From Saccostrea cucullata (taxonomy: Eukaryota): a stretch of DNA of 64,000 bases. The stretch lies in NCBI RefSeq assembly GCF_032062105.1, contig NW_026920935.1, positions 372,001-436,000 on the forward strand. Direction: 5' to 3'. Positions 37,162-49,242 of the stretch are shown in pieces. The translations under genes and the position numbers were made by a program. The notes beneath the pieces are model-generated. The model was not told the origin of the DNA, ran no database searches, and saw nothing but the letters and a program-made list of their open reading frames with translations. Positions within the stretch are counted from its first letter, which is position 1. Each line of letters starts with the position of its first letter.

Positions 37162-40100
37162 CGAATACCTGTAGAACAGGTTTTCCATAAATATAATAGC
37201 CAATGAAATTGACGGCCTAAATAAATACCGAGTAAACACGTGTTCGACCGAAACATGTGTTGTGGTATTATCAATAGACATGATAAGTTAAAAAATATGT
37301 ACATTTTTGTTGCAATTTGTGTTTTACAGAAGCGGAGAGTCTCTAACTCTATCTTCTAATTTTTTTAAAGCTCTATTTCATTGCAACTCACATTGCTTGT
37401 CGCGAAGAGTGCAGTGTCCTAAAATATTACGACGAATATTTCTTTCTCGTTTCTAAAAATATGGGCGTGTCATTATGTTGTAATTGACGTTCAAAACATG
37501 ACTCAGAACGTTTCGTCCAAACGGAAAATTTTACCACTTCAATGCGCTTCATTGTACATAGCAAGTTATTTTTTTTTTCTTTTCAATATGCTGTACCTTT
37601 TTTATCAATAATGTTTCCTGTTCACTATAATCCCTTCTCTGTAAATTGAACATAAGAAAAATTTTTTTTTTAACTTAAAATTCTGTGAAACAAAAATCCT
37701 GCAAATAACAAAGCCATTTTGGCATATTTTGAGACCATTAACAGGAAAATTATGGAAAATGACTCCAGCAAAAATTTTACTCTTTATTATCTTTTTGTAA
37801 ACAGCACAGACTGTCTGTACATGAATTTCAAGTTTATCGAGAGGTAATTGCAATGTATAGGAATAAGAGCATATTTTCTGTAATATGCAAGATTTATTAC
37901 CTATGATTATATAACCATAGAGGTGCATATGTGGATGATTTACATAATATTTGTATATCCATAAAAAGACAGTATATATTTACCTTATTACTAGACAAGG
38001 AGCAATGTATATAATAAGTAATCCTATGCACACACTAAAGGTGTCAATGACATATGTTAAAAGTTTATAATAAAAGGAAAATCGTGTGTTCAGTGTTACA
38101 TAACTTACACAGTAAGCAGGATATGTATATATACAGCTATATTGATGAATATTTGTATCAGAGCTTTGTACAATTTTTAAGGAAGTTGAAGCTATTGTAT
38201 CCTCCACTGTGTTAACAACTTTGGTATGATGGATTACAAGTAGTCATTTTCTAGGAGCTAATATTTAGAAGTGCAGTTGGAATTCCTAACCCCAAACTGA
38301 AAAATTCTGCATCTTGTCTTCACAAAAGGAATTGTGGTAGTGAAAATATATCCCTTTTTGAGAAAATCATTACTTACATGTATATAAAATGAAAGAAGTT
38401 AAACCTTTCTTACGGATCTTGTTATAAGGAAATTCTCTGTTTCTTATTTTCAGCCGATGTATTACGAGACAGGGGTGACACAGGTGCAGTCGGACCAGCC
38501 GCGGACATCACAACTCAGCAACAATCTGTCTGAGCTGGACCAGCTCCTGAAGGATCTCAACTCGGCTCAGTTCATGGCAGAAGTGGACAAACGCAATTCA
38601 GGTAAAACCAGCTTCAGGCTCATCCAAATCAGTAGTGATTGTGATATTCAACTCTTCATGAGGTGGTAGAACAAGATAGCTGTATTTATTACAAGACTTA
38701 CCAACACTTTCATTAAAATGATGAATGGTGAAGTTAACTTAGGATTGTATTGCTTTTAATTGGGATTTTTTTATGATTTACAAACATTGCTATGCAACAA
38801 TATAATTGTAAGTGTATGACATAATATTTGGCTCTTCTATGTAAGAGTCTGACAAGAAATAATTTTTTTTTTCTGAACAAGACACCCCCCCTTCCCAAAC
38901 AGATACAAAAATCATGATGTAAATGTTAAGTAATTTGACAATTGACAGAGATGTTAGAAATAGTTCTCTACATCTGTGTAAACTGCTCTGTCAGTTGTCT
39001 TCCCAAAGGTTAAGTATTTGTCTTGATGAAGATGATACATCCATGCATAAAGTTTCAATTGTAAATATTTCCCTATTATATTTAGACCAAAAGGAAACCT
39101 AGCTGTTTTCATTTCCTTTAAAATCACTGAGGATATAGTTTTTCCAAGGGGTGAAAAGGTTCCCCTTGTCAGAAGAGCTGAAACTGAATTAAATGTAATG
39201 TAATTAACTGATGTGTTTTGAAGCTTAAACAAGACAGGAATCTAATAAGCTAAGAGACACAAAGTCTTTTAATATAGACTTTTGGAATGCTAGGCTTAAT
39301 TAGTTCTTTATTCTTTTTTACTGATAACATCCTTTTATCTCTATAACAGTCATGTCATAATTACTTCTTAATTCAGTTCCTTCTTCTCTGTATAAAAATG
39401 TACTTTGAATAAACAGTAATGGGGCATTTTAATAATTTAAATACTTGGCATTCCTGACACACACAATTAAAAGGGTCTCCCGTCAATGAGCTTTAGAATA
39501 ACTTCGCAAGATAAAGAAAACCTCCCCCTCAAAAAAAAAAGAAAAGAAAGAAGTCACACAGTAAAAGATTTACAGGCACTGCCACCCGTGAGGGTTTTGA
39601 TTAACCACTGAGGTCGATTATTCCAGAGAGAGGCAAAAGTAATGTACAAAGTGGTGTCACTTCTCAGCTGTTTATTGATAGGAGAGTAATTCACTGGCAC
39701 AAACATTCACTTGACTTGGATGATTAATTGGCGTGTAAATCCATCACTGCTTTGACGGAGTCTACATGCTAGTGACTGTGCAATTCATATGAACACTGGG
39801 TCATGTTAAAATGGAAATATAGTGGTAGGAAATTATTTTTTACAGTTCAAAGGAATTCTTAAGTGATCTGTAATGGCTCTGAAGTGAGTTTCAATCTGAT
39901 TCAAGGATATAAATTTGTTGCTAGGATTTCATACCCTCACATGCGGGTACCCAAGAGAGATTTTTAAGGAGATGTTATACAGTGTAGTATTTCTATTTTT
40001 GTTTGTGAAAAAAACTTAGCTGTGTTCAAGTTCTCTTTGATTATAAATGTAAGAGGACATTTTTGGCAAAGTCTATTGGGCTCTTTCCTGCTGAAAGTAA

Positions 40101-43100
40101 AGCAATCAATCTCTTGTTTAGAATGTTATCAAGATTTTTAATCTTTTTTTTTATAAAACTACCCTGGGTCATTCTTGTTGTGGTGTGTTTGTAAAAACCT
40201 GTGTTGATTTTCCATTGCTGAGTCATTTTTCTTCCCAACATGTGTGAATTTTTTTGTTTAATGAAAAACATACTTTAGATAAGTTGGCTTTTTTGTGAGC
40301 CATAATAAAACATGAGATTTGATGTAATCCATAGAATTTTGTGTTTGTTTTTCAGGAAGTCAGCCTATTACAAATGGGGGAGGTAAACAGCCCCCTCCTG
40401 TGGCCCCGAAACCCTCCCGCGAGGACAGAACCTCCGTAGGGGGCCTCCTAGATATGTTAGAAGGGTCCGTGCCTGACACACCCAATAATAACTATAGAAG
40501 GTAGGGATATAAGGTCATTTAACATGACACCCAATAATAATGGTACAGGACACCTCTAGGAGAGTACATCAGTATGCCTGATACTACATACATACTGTCG
40601 TTTGTATAAAACGTCCACAAGATCTCTATGTTGCTGATACTAGTAGTCTCTATTACACTAGTTGGTCACATGTATAGATCCCCACCAAGTGCAGCAAAAA
40701 CTAAACATGTGAAAGATTATTTCAATAAGACTGTATTCTTTTGAACGACTCCTATCTTCCTTATGTTTTTTGGATAAGTTTACCACAAATATTCAATACT
40801 ACTCTGTCTCATATTAATTGAAAAAAAAGAAGACAAATTCACTTATTATTAAATCATATTTTACAGGATGACTTGTATGTTATATTTGGCATGAATGTTA
40901 TCAGTATTTAGATCATTATTTAAATAGTCGGTTATTGATCAAAAGGCATGTCTTTCAAGGTAAAATATTTGGTTACAAATCAATACACACATTAGCACAT
41001 TGAGTACTTGTATATTTAAAACTTTACAGTTTAAATTTTATTTGGCATACCAAATCAAGTCATTAATTCTGGCAACATTTTTTTTTTAAAAAGTTAATAA
41101 TTTTTTCTTTTCAAAATTAAATTATTTTTCAACTTTCTTGTTGTTACATAAAAGCTAGTTTACTGAGGAAATATTGTGACTGGTCCCACCATTAATACTT
41201 CACAAGCATGTCAGCTTGAGAAATATGCAGAAAAATTAAGACTTGCATTTCCTCTGATAAAAGTGAAGTACTTCACATAAATGTGTTAAGGGTCTTTTTA
41301 TTTTCTGTCCAAACAAATTTCTAACATATTTAAAAACAATATATATACAGTACTTGCAGTTATGATTCACTATTTACACATTTTAACACTAGGATTTTCT
41401 TCAAGTCTGGTATCAATAGATTTTAATTGTAGCAATTTTAATTGTATGCCAATGTGAATACACTGTATTGTTTTGTAGTCCCCCTGCCAATGATAACTAT
41501 GAATACACATCAGATGTCCCCCCTCCCCAGCCTCAACAGACCACCATTCAGGTCCAGCCCAAACCACAAGCTACTTCCACGGCAACCCGGGAGCTGGATG
41601 AACTCATGGCAACACTGTCAGGGTTCAAGGTCAGTCAGCTTGTTTGATTAAATATGGAGTATTATTTGTATTGTCTAACTTTCCATGCAACACAGTCTCT
41701 TAAAAAGTAATTTTATGGTGCATGATATGCATTTAGCATGTACTTGAAAATGAAGGTTTATGTATTTCGAAGAAAAGAATTGTTTGTTAAACACTGATGC
41801 CCCTTTGTGGCAGCTTACGATAAAAATGTCAGAATTGTTGATGTCCAAAGGAAAGCCATAGTGCTAACTGATCAAAAGTTAAGGTTATGGTTAAAGTTTT
41901 TCAGTTGGTAAATCTCTAAGGTCAAGGTCAAAAGGTAAAAAATACTTAAATCCATTGAAACTTCTTGTCAAAATAAATATACATGTGAAGTATGAAAACT
42001 GTTCAAAAGTTATGGCTAAGGCTAAAATGAGATATTTTTTTTTGTAAAAGTGGGTCAAACTCCAAGGTTAAGGTTGCGGTCAGATTTGGTGGTCCTGTGA
42101 CAAGGAATAAACTTGTGAAATATGAAAGTCATAGCCCCACCTACCCAAAAGTTATAGGCAAGGTTAAAGTTTTTGTGGACAAACATACAAACAGATAAAA
42201 CATACAGACAGATGGACCAACAGGGCAAAAACTCTATACCACCAAATCTTCAATCAGGGGAGCAATAAAAACTAGATTTGGTATGATTGTGTATGTATTA
42301 TTAAAAACTCATGTGTCAATAAACATGCTATAATACAATATCAGGTTGTTTTATTTTTATAGACATTAATTTTCATTTTCAAATCTAGATATCAGTTAGG
42401 CTGTATATAAACCAGCTTCAATTTTAATTTTTGCTTTCCTGGAAAATTTGTCAAAAGTTACAGTGTGATGGGTAGTTATAAGTAAGTTTACAGAGTTTTA
42501 ATTACTTTTATTTAGGTCAGTGGAGGTAGCTCACACGAGAGAACCCAGAGATCAGTCTCCCCCTCCAGTGAACCCCCCTACGCTAAACCCCAGAAAAGAA
42601 CCCCTTCTCAGAGCAGTGCCCCATCCACCCCTGCTGCACCCCAGAGAGAAGAACTAGATTCCATGTTGGGAAATCTTCATGAAGACATGAAGAGCCAAGG
42701 AGTAACAACCAAAACTAAGGGGGTCTGTGGGGCATGTAACCAGCCTGTGATTGGTCAGGTAAGACAGACAACATAATGTAAATTTAGGGTCATAGGGCAT
42801 ATAACCAGCTTGTGATTGGTCAGGTAAGATAGACAACATAATGTAAATTTAGGGTCATAGGGCATGTAACCAGTTGATTGGTCAGGTCAGATAGCAGAGC
42901 TCCAGATAATTTTTTACCCCAAAGTGTATTTACTCCCTGATTTTCAAATCAATGCAGATTTTGATTTTCAGCAACATGATTAAAGAGTATTTTGTTTATA
43001 AATATAGAAAAATATACCCCCGCAAACGAAAACCAGCTTTGACCTTTCAGAAACTTTCGATGGATTTGTCTGAAAATTGATACACTTATTATTCAACATA

Positions 43101-46100
43101 TGAAGGTGTGCACCTGGGATTTTCATCATGTTTGGATGATTTTTCTGCATTTTACAGGCATTTTTTCTTTTTTATTTTGTGATTTTGTTTGGCTCATAAC
43201 TAGAAAACTAAGACTACAATTCAAACTTGGACAATTTATGCAGTAGACGGTGTGTCCGACCTATTTCAAGGTCACTGTGACCTTTAATTTAAGAGATTTT
43301 TAAAAAAAAACTAAGTCTTTAAAATTTTAAATTTCATAATCCTAAAAAATGTAAAAATATAGTTGTATCCTTATTAAAAAATGCTAAATTAAGTAAAAAC
43401 TTATTCTTTATCATATACTTTACAGCAAATTCTGTAACAAATGTTAATGATTTGAGAGGAATTCAGTTTGTCCCATGGGCATAATTATCAAGCACTGGTC
43501 AAGGGGAAATTTTGATAGCAGAAATGTGCATGTCAAATATGAGAGAAATTAATGAGTTCATTGTCGGGAGTTATGTCTTGTGAGTTGGGCTAAAAGAAAT
43601 GGCCTTATAGTAGCTTGTGTCAATTAAGAGTTCTTGATGGCTGTAGTTCAGATAAAGATCTTTCATTTGGTGTAATGTAATTAAAAGAAATTGATGTTTT
43701 AGTGTATGATTAAAACTGAATTAGTATTGTATAATATAATTAAAATTAATTATACATGTGTTTATTGAAAAAAAATTACATTTCAATTTTTATATATTTG
43801 CAACAAATTGCAGTCATGTTTCACTTAGAATTTTATAGTCTAAAGAATAATAATTTTTGATTTTTTTTATTAGACTGTAGCATTTCCATTATTTCATAAA
43901 ATATGCAATAAACAATTTAAAGCTGCAGATGGATATTTGTTAAGCTCTAACACAGCCAGTTTAGAATTATATGATGTATTATTTGTTTTAATTAATCCCT
44001 ACACTGTAAGTCTCTTAGAGATGTATGTACAATATTTTAAACATGATAAGAAATGGAAATTAGATCATTGAAATCTGTGTCAATCTGTTAATCAAGGTTA
44101 CTTGATTTTCTTGCACCCTAACCAATTTATGATTATCGAACAATATTTGATGGGCGTATCATGCTGTGGCGGGGCACTTTATTAGAAAAAAGTGAACACC
44201 TCTTACTAGATCCATAAAATATTTCTGAATTGGCACCTACTCTGAAAAACCCAGCGGGGGTATTTGTCCCTATTGGACAGTTCTAGTTTTGAGCTTGTAA
44301 TTGAAGTATGAGTTTTTGAAGAGGGAAAAAACTTCAAAGGTCAGTTTCTGCAATTATCTAAATAAATTTTGTAAATTTCAACTAGACTTTTTGCTAAGAT
44401 TGGGTAGCATTCTTTTTTTGACAAAGAAGATTATACAGTAGGTCAAGGTACACTGTAGAGTCAGAGACACAGATAACTTTTCCTTCATTTAAGATATCGT
44501 ATCAAGAATAAACTGAAAGAATCTTCGTTAATATGGCAAGTTGAGAGAGATGAAAAATTGGCTATGAACCCATAATAAAAGTTATGCCTAGTGCATAGTA
44601 TTTCTATATAGAAATTGATTTTAATCTTAATCTCCGATTCTTCCTCCCGAAATGGAGATCGTCGTCGTCATTACTAGAATATTCCTGGTCACTGAAAAGC
44701 TTTAATTTAAATCTGTACTTCGTTTTGAGAAAAATCAAACACTGAGTTAACCTCAATTGGTATCATTAAGTAAGTTGTACTTGTATTCTTCACTTTGTTG
44801 TATGCAGTACTTTCATGGTGTAATGCGTATCTATGATTGCTAATGCGTAATTGTACGCTATATTTTAATTTTCAATGCGTATTTTATAAAATTTAATGCG
44901 TATTTCTGCAAATACGCACCTTATCTGGAGCTCTGGATAGGCTATGTAAATTAAGTTTGGGTATAGGGTATGTAACCAGCCTGTGATAAAATCTGATTAC
45001 CAGGGTAGTCAGGTAAAAAAGATCATGTAAAGTAAAGTGGGGGTAAAGGGCATGTAATTTGTCAGGTTAATAGGTGGCCATTCAAGTAAAGGTGAGTTAT
45101 AAGGCTTATCAATAGTTTATGATTGGACCAATGCAAACATTTTCATGTTTGCAGTAAATACTTATACTATATTAATTTTATTCTCATGGTTGATAAGTTT
45201 TTAAGGAGTAAAAAATGTAATTAATGAGAAATACATATGTATACCTAAATTAGTATAGATTATACTTTATTGTACTCTGTACATCAATAGGTAATTTGTG
45301 TAGCATGTAATGTATATTTGAGTTATCTCTCTTTGAAGCTCAAGTAGTAAATATAATGACTATTTTACAGGTGATAACAGCTTTAGGAAAGGTATGGCAT
45401 ATAGAACACTTCACCTGTGCTAACTGTAACCTACCGCTGGGCACTAAGAACTTCTATGAGAGGGACGGAGCCGCATATTGTGAAGAGGACTACCATAAAA
45501 TATTCGCCCCAAAGTGTGCCTACTGCAACGGCTCTATTGTAGATGTAAGACATTCTGACTGATTCTTTTATCATCCCCAATTTATGTTTCAATTAGTTAC
45601 CAGTATATTGATATGCAAGATTAACAATTCTTTTAAATGAAATTTCTTTCCTCAGAAATGTGTAACAGCTTTAGATATGACGTGGCATCCGGAGCACTTT
45701 TTCTGTGCGCAGTGTGGAAGACCTTTCGGTGATGACGGATTCCATGAAAAGAATGGAAAGGCATACTGCCGGTAAACTATTTAAACACACATAACACATT
45801 GTGAATTCTGCCTTGTTGAATGTCTTGATGACAGATATTGATTTATTTAAAAATAGTTACCTGATATTTTTAAACTCTTTGTATGCATGTATTATTTTTC
45901 CCTTTCAGACAAGATTTCCTGGAGATGTTTGCCCCCCGCTGTGGTGGGTGTGGCCACCCAATCCTAGACAACTACATTTCAGCCCTCTCTAGACACTGGC
46001 ATCCCGAGTGTTTTGTCTGTAGGGTACGTAAAGCAAAATATCACAAGCTTAAGGATTCTGCACATGTAAAAGCAATCTTAATTGTGAATTAATTTCCAGA

Positions 46101-46747
46101 ATGTCTGTGACAGAGCCATTGCTTCAATTATTTAAACCTGTAATATATACATATAAATTAATAATATGTAGTAAAGAAAAAAAAAGATAAATACTGTAAA
46201 CCAACTTTTATTCGTGTGCGAGTAATTTTCGTGAAGTTCGCGAGAGCCTCGTCAACGCGAATATTTCTCGCGGTGAACCAGTTTTTAAAGACTATGTGTC
46301 TATCAAAAAGAGAACTAAATAGGCTTTATTGCAACAATTAATTGTCATGAACTAGTTAACCCCTGGTAAATCGTGAAATAAAGTCGTCACGAATAAAAGT
46401 TGGTTTACAGTATTGTGTTGGGAGAGGTTAAGTCTGATTTATTTAATATGTTATTAATATATTTCCACCTGATTACTTAGGACTGTCACCAGCCATTTGG
46501 AGGTCGTAGTTTCTTTGACCACGAGGGTTTGCCATACTGTGAGACCCATTACCACGCCAAGCGGGGCTCCTTGTGTGCCACCTGCCAGAAGCCCATCACG
46601 GGCCGCTGTATCACTGCCATGAGCAAGAAGTTTCATTTAGAACATTTCACGTGTGCCTTCTGTCTAAAACAACTCAACAAAGGGACATTTAAGGAACAGA
46701 ACGACAAGCCCTATTGTCACCCTTGCTTTGTTAAACTGTTTGGCTGA
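18250..46747 (+). CDS. PXN: Paxillin/leupaxin family focal-adhesion adaptor (542 aa; LD motifs plus 4 LIM domains)
   Basis: Exons 18250-18262 (13 nt, MEDL), 34869-35125 ([10 protein letters not shown]1), 38454-38601 ([14 protein letters not shown]2), 40356-40500, 41479-41629 ([14 protein letters not shown]4), 42516-42758 ([10 protein letters not shown]5, start of LIM1), 45371-45544, 45656-45771, 45909-46023, 46481-46747 (ends [10 protein letters not shown]); all GT-AG, phases consistent, 1629 nt. Confidence 0.95.
19866..19958 (+). other. tRNA-like Pol III-type cassette (A box, B box, T-tract)
   Basis: TGGTCAAGTGG (19870-19880), GGTTCAAATCC (19921-19931), T11 at 19948-19958; no complete cloverleaf. 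Confidence 0.5.
20241..21077 (+). CDS. LINE ORF1p (coiled coil plus RRM-like/transposase_22-like domain)
   Basis: Heptad-rich segment followed by [14 protein letters not shown] ... ACHRI ... PKPILMKM ... DDVT ... AWYFNGSVY, typical of LINE ORF1. Confidence 0.85.
   Translation: MPGTKKGSEKSKSERNETVETTDDLTIGSLKADLLEIKECLQQTVKTCDLESMVTNIVKGLLKIHEANAEKRETLLNKRIDNLTKDVDRLTMENETLKEKLSETNKNNRELKKEMDQLNDLATFATVKANYNEQYSRKNNIKIYGVQETEDEDIIEVVKSVLKEKGDVEVNECDIVACHRIPGSKGKGPKPILMKMTNNDKKAHIMRKRSKVKAAPGNIRLGDDVTKENGELIARLLDCESVSSAWYFNGSVYGEVKKKRVKFDILDDIAHKVNKIRD
21365..26292 (+). pseudogene. LINE ORF2 (APE endonuclease, reverse transcriptase, zinc knuckle), disrupted
   Basis: SVNCQGL, LQDTH, YGPN, GDFN, RLDFF, SDH (APE); [39 protein letters not shown] (RT); CSFC...[10 protein letters not shown]. 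Interrupted by a HINE at 23192-24339, A-run frameshifts near 24690, 24805 and 25140, and an 8-nt insertion at 24740-24747. Confidence 0.92.
23192..24339 (+). mobile_element. HINE (non-autonomous Helentron-type element) inserted into LINE RT
   Basis: 5' ATGTTCCCCAAAC with adjacent inverted copy, (TAT)n(TCT)n microsatellite, ~149-bp internal tandem repeats rich in GCACGTGC, 3' subTIR TTTGGGGAACAT plus hairpin TGTAACGG/CCGTTACA; inserted at TT with no TSD; removal restores CTT ATT GAC TTT GAA (LIDFE). Confidence 0.9.
26760..27039. repeat. Two-copy ~140-bp tandem duplication
   Basis: GCTAAAAAAT...CTCTACTTT...AATTTTATCTCTT...TTACTGACATAAAATATGTT...ATGTTTTACTTCAC occurs twice. Confidence 0.8.
27596..27753. 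mobile_element. Short MITE with imperfect ~35-bp TIR
   Basis: AATAGACGA.TTTCACATT.C.A.AGTTAT.CCC ... GGG.ATAACT.T.GTAAATGTGA.A.TCGTCTATT. Confidence 0.6.
28045..28682. mobile_element. Non-autonomous DNA transposon with 8-bp TSD and GC-rich repetitive inverted ends
   Basis: TSD CACTTTAG (28037-28044, 28683-28690); GGGTGGTTTCGC.C.GATTACG...CGCGCCGAGTGGTTTCGC inverted at both ends. Confidence 0.8.
29435..29530. mobile_element. Solo hAT-like terminus fragment
   Basis: Clustered ACCGATT/ATCGATT repeats ending in GACAACACTA (TAGTGTTGTC on - strand); no partner end found. Confidence 0.45.
30304..30712 (+). mobile_element. Degenerate HINE of the family at 35390, with one satellite unit
   Basis: TTTTTAGCTCAC...GCTCAAGTGAGCTTTTCTGATCAC, GTCT microsatellite, CAAGAACCACTGGGCCAG, TTGTTCAAATCATGA, ends TTACTCAG. 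Confidence 0.75.
31430..31960. repeat. Degenerate tandem repeats (~3 units), probably HINE-derived
   Basis: CAGAAT/TAGAAT...AAAGT...ATTGTG..(T/C)CTCCTAT recurs at ~31540, ~31690 and ~31865, preceded by CCGTCTGTCTGT. Confidence 0.45.
35390..37161 (+). mobile_element. HINE/Helentron-type element carrying a 166-bp satellite array
   Basis: 5' TTTTAGCTCACCTGAG with inverted CTCAAGTGAGCT, (GTC)n microsatellite, tandem array, 3' CTCAGGTGAGC plus hairpin GGCCCATGGGCC, T-rich ends without TSD. Confidence 0.92.
35669..36950. repeat. ~8 tandem copies of a 166-bp unit (Cg170/HindIII-like oyster satellite)
   Basis: AAAATCTTCTTCTCAAGAA recurs at ~35669, 35835, 36001, 36167, 36327, 36493, 36660 and 36826; shadow ORFs 35761 and 35927 are offset by exactly 166. 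Confidence 0.9.
41775..42270 (-). mobile_element. Degenerate HINE-type element
   Basis: AAGGTCAAGGTCA and AAAAGTTAT.G..AAGG.TAAA repeats, (GACA)n-like microsatellite and terminal palindrome remnant before AATAAAAA. Confidence 0.6.
42895..44935. mobile_element. Non-autonomous DNA transposon with 5-bp TSD
   Basis: 15-bp TIR CAGAGCTCCAGATAA; TSD GATAG (42890-42894, 44936-44940); subterminal TGCGTA repeats at right end. Confidence 0.88.
43013..44288 (+). mobile_element. HINE-type element nested in the 5-bp-TSD transposon
   Basis: subTIRs ATACCCCCGC (43014-43023) / GCGGGGGTAT (44254-44263), followed by hairpin TGTCC-ctatt-GGACA and TTCTAGTTTT. Confidence 0.7.
46194..46410. mobile_element. MITE with TA TSD in last paxillin intron
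   Basis: TIR CTGTAAACCAACTTTTATTCGTG / CACGAATAAAAGTTGGTTTACAG flanked by TA. Confidence 0.9.
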
Positions 46748-49242
46748 GGACCACACCCCTACATCTAATAGTCAAGTTATGCAGGCTTTTGTTATGAAAT
46801 ATATACAATATTGTATTTTTATATGACATATCTATGATATATCTTTATTTGGATGACATTATTTTTACATTAATCACCTTTTTTCACATCAGCGAACTTT
46901 TTGCTTGTTAGATTCATATTTTAGTTGTTTATGTCGTAGTTTTGCCAGCAAAAATCAATGGTATTGCTTCAATGTTAAGTTTTCTCTTTTATATTTACAT
47001 ATAAATTGATGAACAAAACTGACTATCTTTTACATGTAAATCAGGATAACCGAGGCCATACTAAATGTGATCATGAGAGGATGCTCAATAAACACCAGAT
47101 ATCTGTATTTTACAGTGTATTACACTTGTTTCCAGTTAAATAGTAAAATGTGAAAGTATTTGTTGCCATCTTTAATTACTATATTACCACAATGTGAATC
47201 AGTTCCATTTTAATGCATTATTTAACCTCTTTTTCTATCCATTTCAAGTTGCTTTAATGTACATGTATCTGGTACGGCTTTTTTATAGACAGTTTTATAA
47301 AGCTTTGCAATTTGTAATTAATTTATTTAAAATGTTCACTGTTCAGACAAGCGATATATTTTAAAGGGGAAATAAAAGATTTCCATAAAAGTAAGATTCA
47401 GATTTGGATAGATGTTCCCAAAAGATGCTAGCATATGAAGTGATGGTGGTGATATTAATATACTATATAAAATTTTGTTTAGAGTCTATATGCATACATT
47501 TAAGGTAGCCATAATGAGTAAAATTGTAACAGAACTGGATCATGGAAACATCTATAAAGGCTTGTGATATAATGCATTCAATAGTTTATCTTGTCCAACA
47601 TCATGATAATAAATTTAAAGATATGCAGTCTTTACTTTTCTTTTACATATTATCTGCCCTTGTTATTATTTGTACTTCAGATACTACACCTCATGAGTTT
47701 AGCGATCCTTTGGGAGGGGTAGGTGTACCCACCCCCTCCCCCCATTCAAAGTGAATTCCTATATGATATATATTGAAACATTAAGACAGTTCAAAGACTA
47801 CAATCCCCAAGTGAATATTGTAAATGGCCCTTCTCAACATTTGTCCGCAAACATGACGAATGTTAGAGAGAGGAGAACTGGATTAGAATTTCAGGCTTTC
47901 CTGATTATCCTTCAAATTTTTGAAAACAACTGTATGGAAGACTTTGAATAACTCTTACACCACTGAAACACTCTACTTGAAAATTTTCATTTTAATTAAC
48001 TGAAGGAAGCTAATAAATGCTCGAGTGCAAAAAAAATGTGTAATATATAATTTCTAACGGGCAAAATGTTCATTGTACTATGCACACTAACTCTTGATTC
48101 CTACATAAGATTTAACATGAACATTTTGGCAATTTTGCTATTCAAGACTCTTTGAATGCAGAGTTGACTTCAAAGTAATTGATACACAATTTTAGTACTA
48201 ATGTTGATTTTAAAATTGCTCTTACAACTTCCGCCATAAAAGAAGACATAAGGAGTTTAATCGAACTGTTTAAAACATCCCCGGATTTTGAAATACTCAA
48301 GAAAACGGAAAATATCCGTTTCCTCTTTCAATTTGTTTAACTTTATGTGTAAAAATAACCAGATTAAGCTCATGAAGAAAAGAATTGTAATTGAACATTT
48401 TTCCTGCACTGAGTTCTTAACTCCTTCTTCCCCAGGTAACATATAAGATCCTTGATATTTGACAAAATAGGGAATTTTTGCTTCAAAGGGAGAGGGGGGG
48501 GAGAGATATTTTGAAAATAATTTCCATTTTCCATTAATTTCTAAAATGATTTCCTTGAGTATCAATTCAAGAAATATAGATTTCATCTATTTTATTTTAA
48601 ATTGAATTATTTCAAATTTTATGAAAAATCATATAAATCTTAGTATCAATACTGAAAAATAAGCAACGACAATGCGAATCACAACCTGGGAGAAATCAAA
48701 AGCGTCAAAAACACACAGTGAAAAAAAAGATTTTCATAGTCATTGTCCTTCTGTGCAGGACTGTTGTTTTATTGTGATAAGTACAAGACACAGAAAATCA
48801 GAAAAGATATTTATTAAAATTCTTATTTCTATTATTTATACATAAATAAAATATATTCCGGTATTTTTTTTTTTTTCTTTTTGCACATCTACAGTATTTA
48901 TTTATTTCTAGTATAAAATATACAAATGGTAGAGTGCTTTAACGTTAATTTTATCATATATATGAATCTGATATTACTGATTTAATAATTTAGGTTCATT
49001 CGGAATTTCCATTGATTTTCTTCCATATTCTCAATTAAGAACATAAGTCAGAGATTGTCATGGGTTGCCGAGCATTGGAATCTTCATATACACTGTCCAG
49101 TGCATGTACGATAAACTTTGCTCGTCGGAAATAATCAGATGATGAAACAATCACTTTATTTGATTGCCAGCTGCCTCATGAGTGAATTTTATATACCTCT
49201 GCAAAACAATAGGAAAATCATGCTATGTAGATTTTTGATAAT

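Larger units (their letters stand above)
35264..37554. mobile_element. TA-TSD MITE with long imperfect TIRs, hosting a HINE
   Basis: Perfect 32-bp terminal match CAATGAAGCGCATTGAAGTGGTAAAATTTTCC extending imperfectly ~110 bp (GACACGCCCAT/ATGGGCGTGTC); TA on both sides. Confidence 0.85.
42730..45068 (+). repeat. ~65-bp minisatellite seeded on the paxillin exon-6 donor, split by a transposon
   Basis: GGGCATGTAACCAGCCTGTGATTGGTCAG|GTAAGA unit at 42730, ~42795 and ~42860; degenerate units resume after 44940. Confidence 0.85.

Noticed and set aside
46630-46650. LIM4 HLEHF instead of HPEHF as loss of function
   Set aside because: All zinc ligands are retained and LIM1 also varies at this position (HIEHF)
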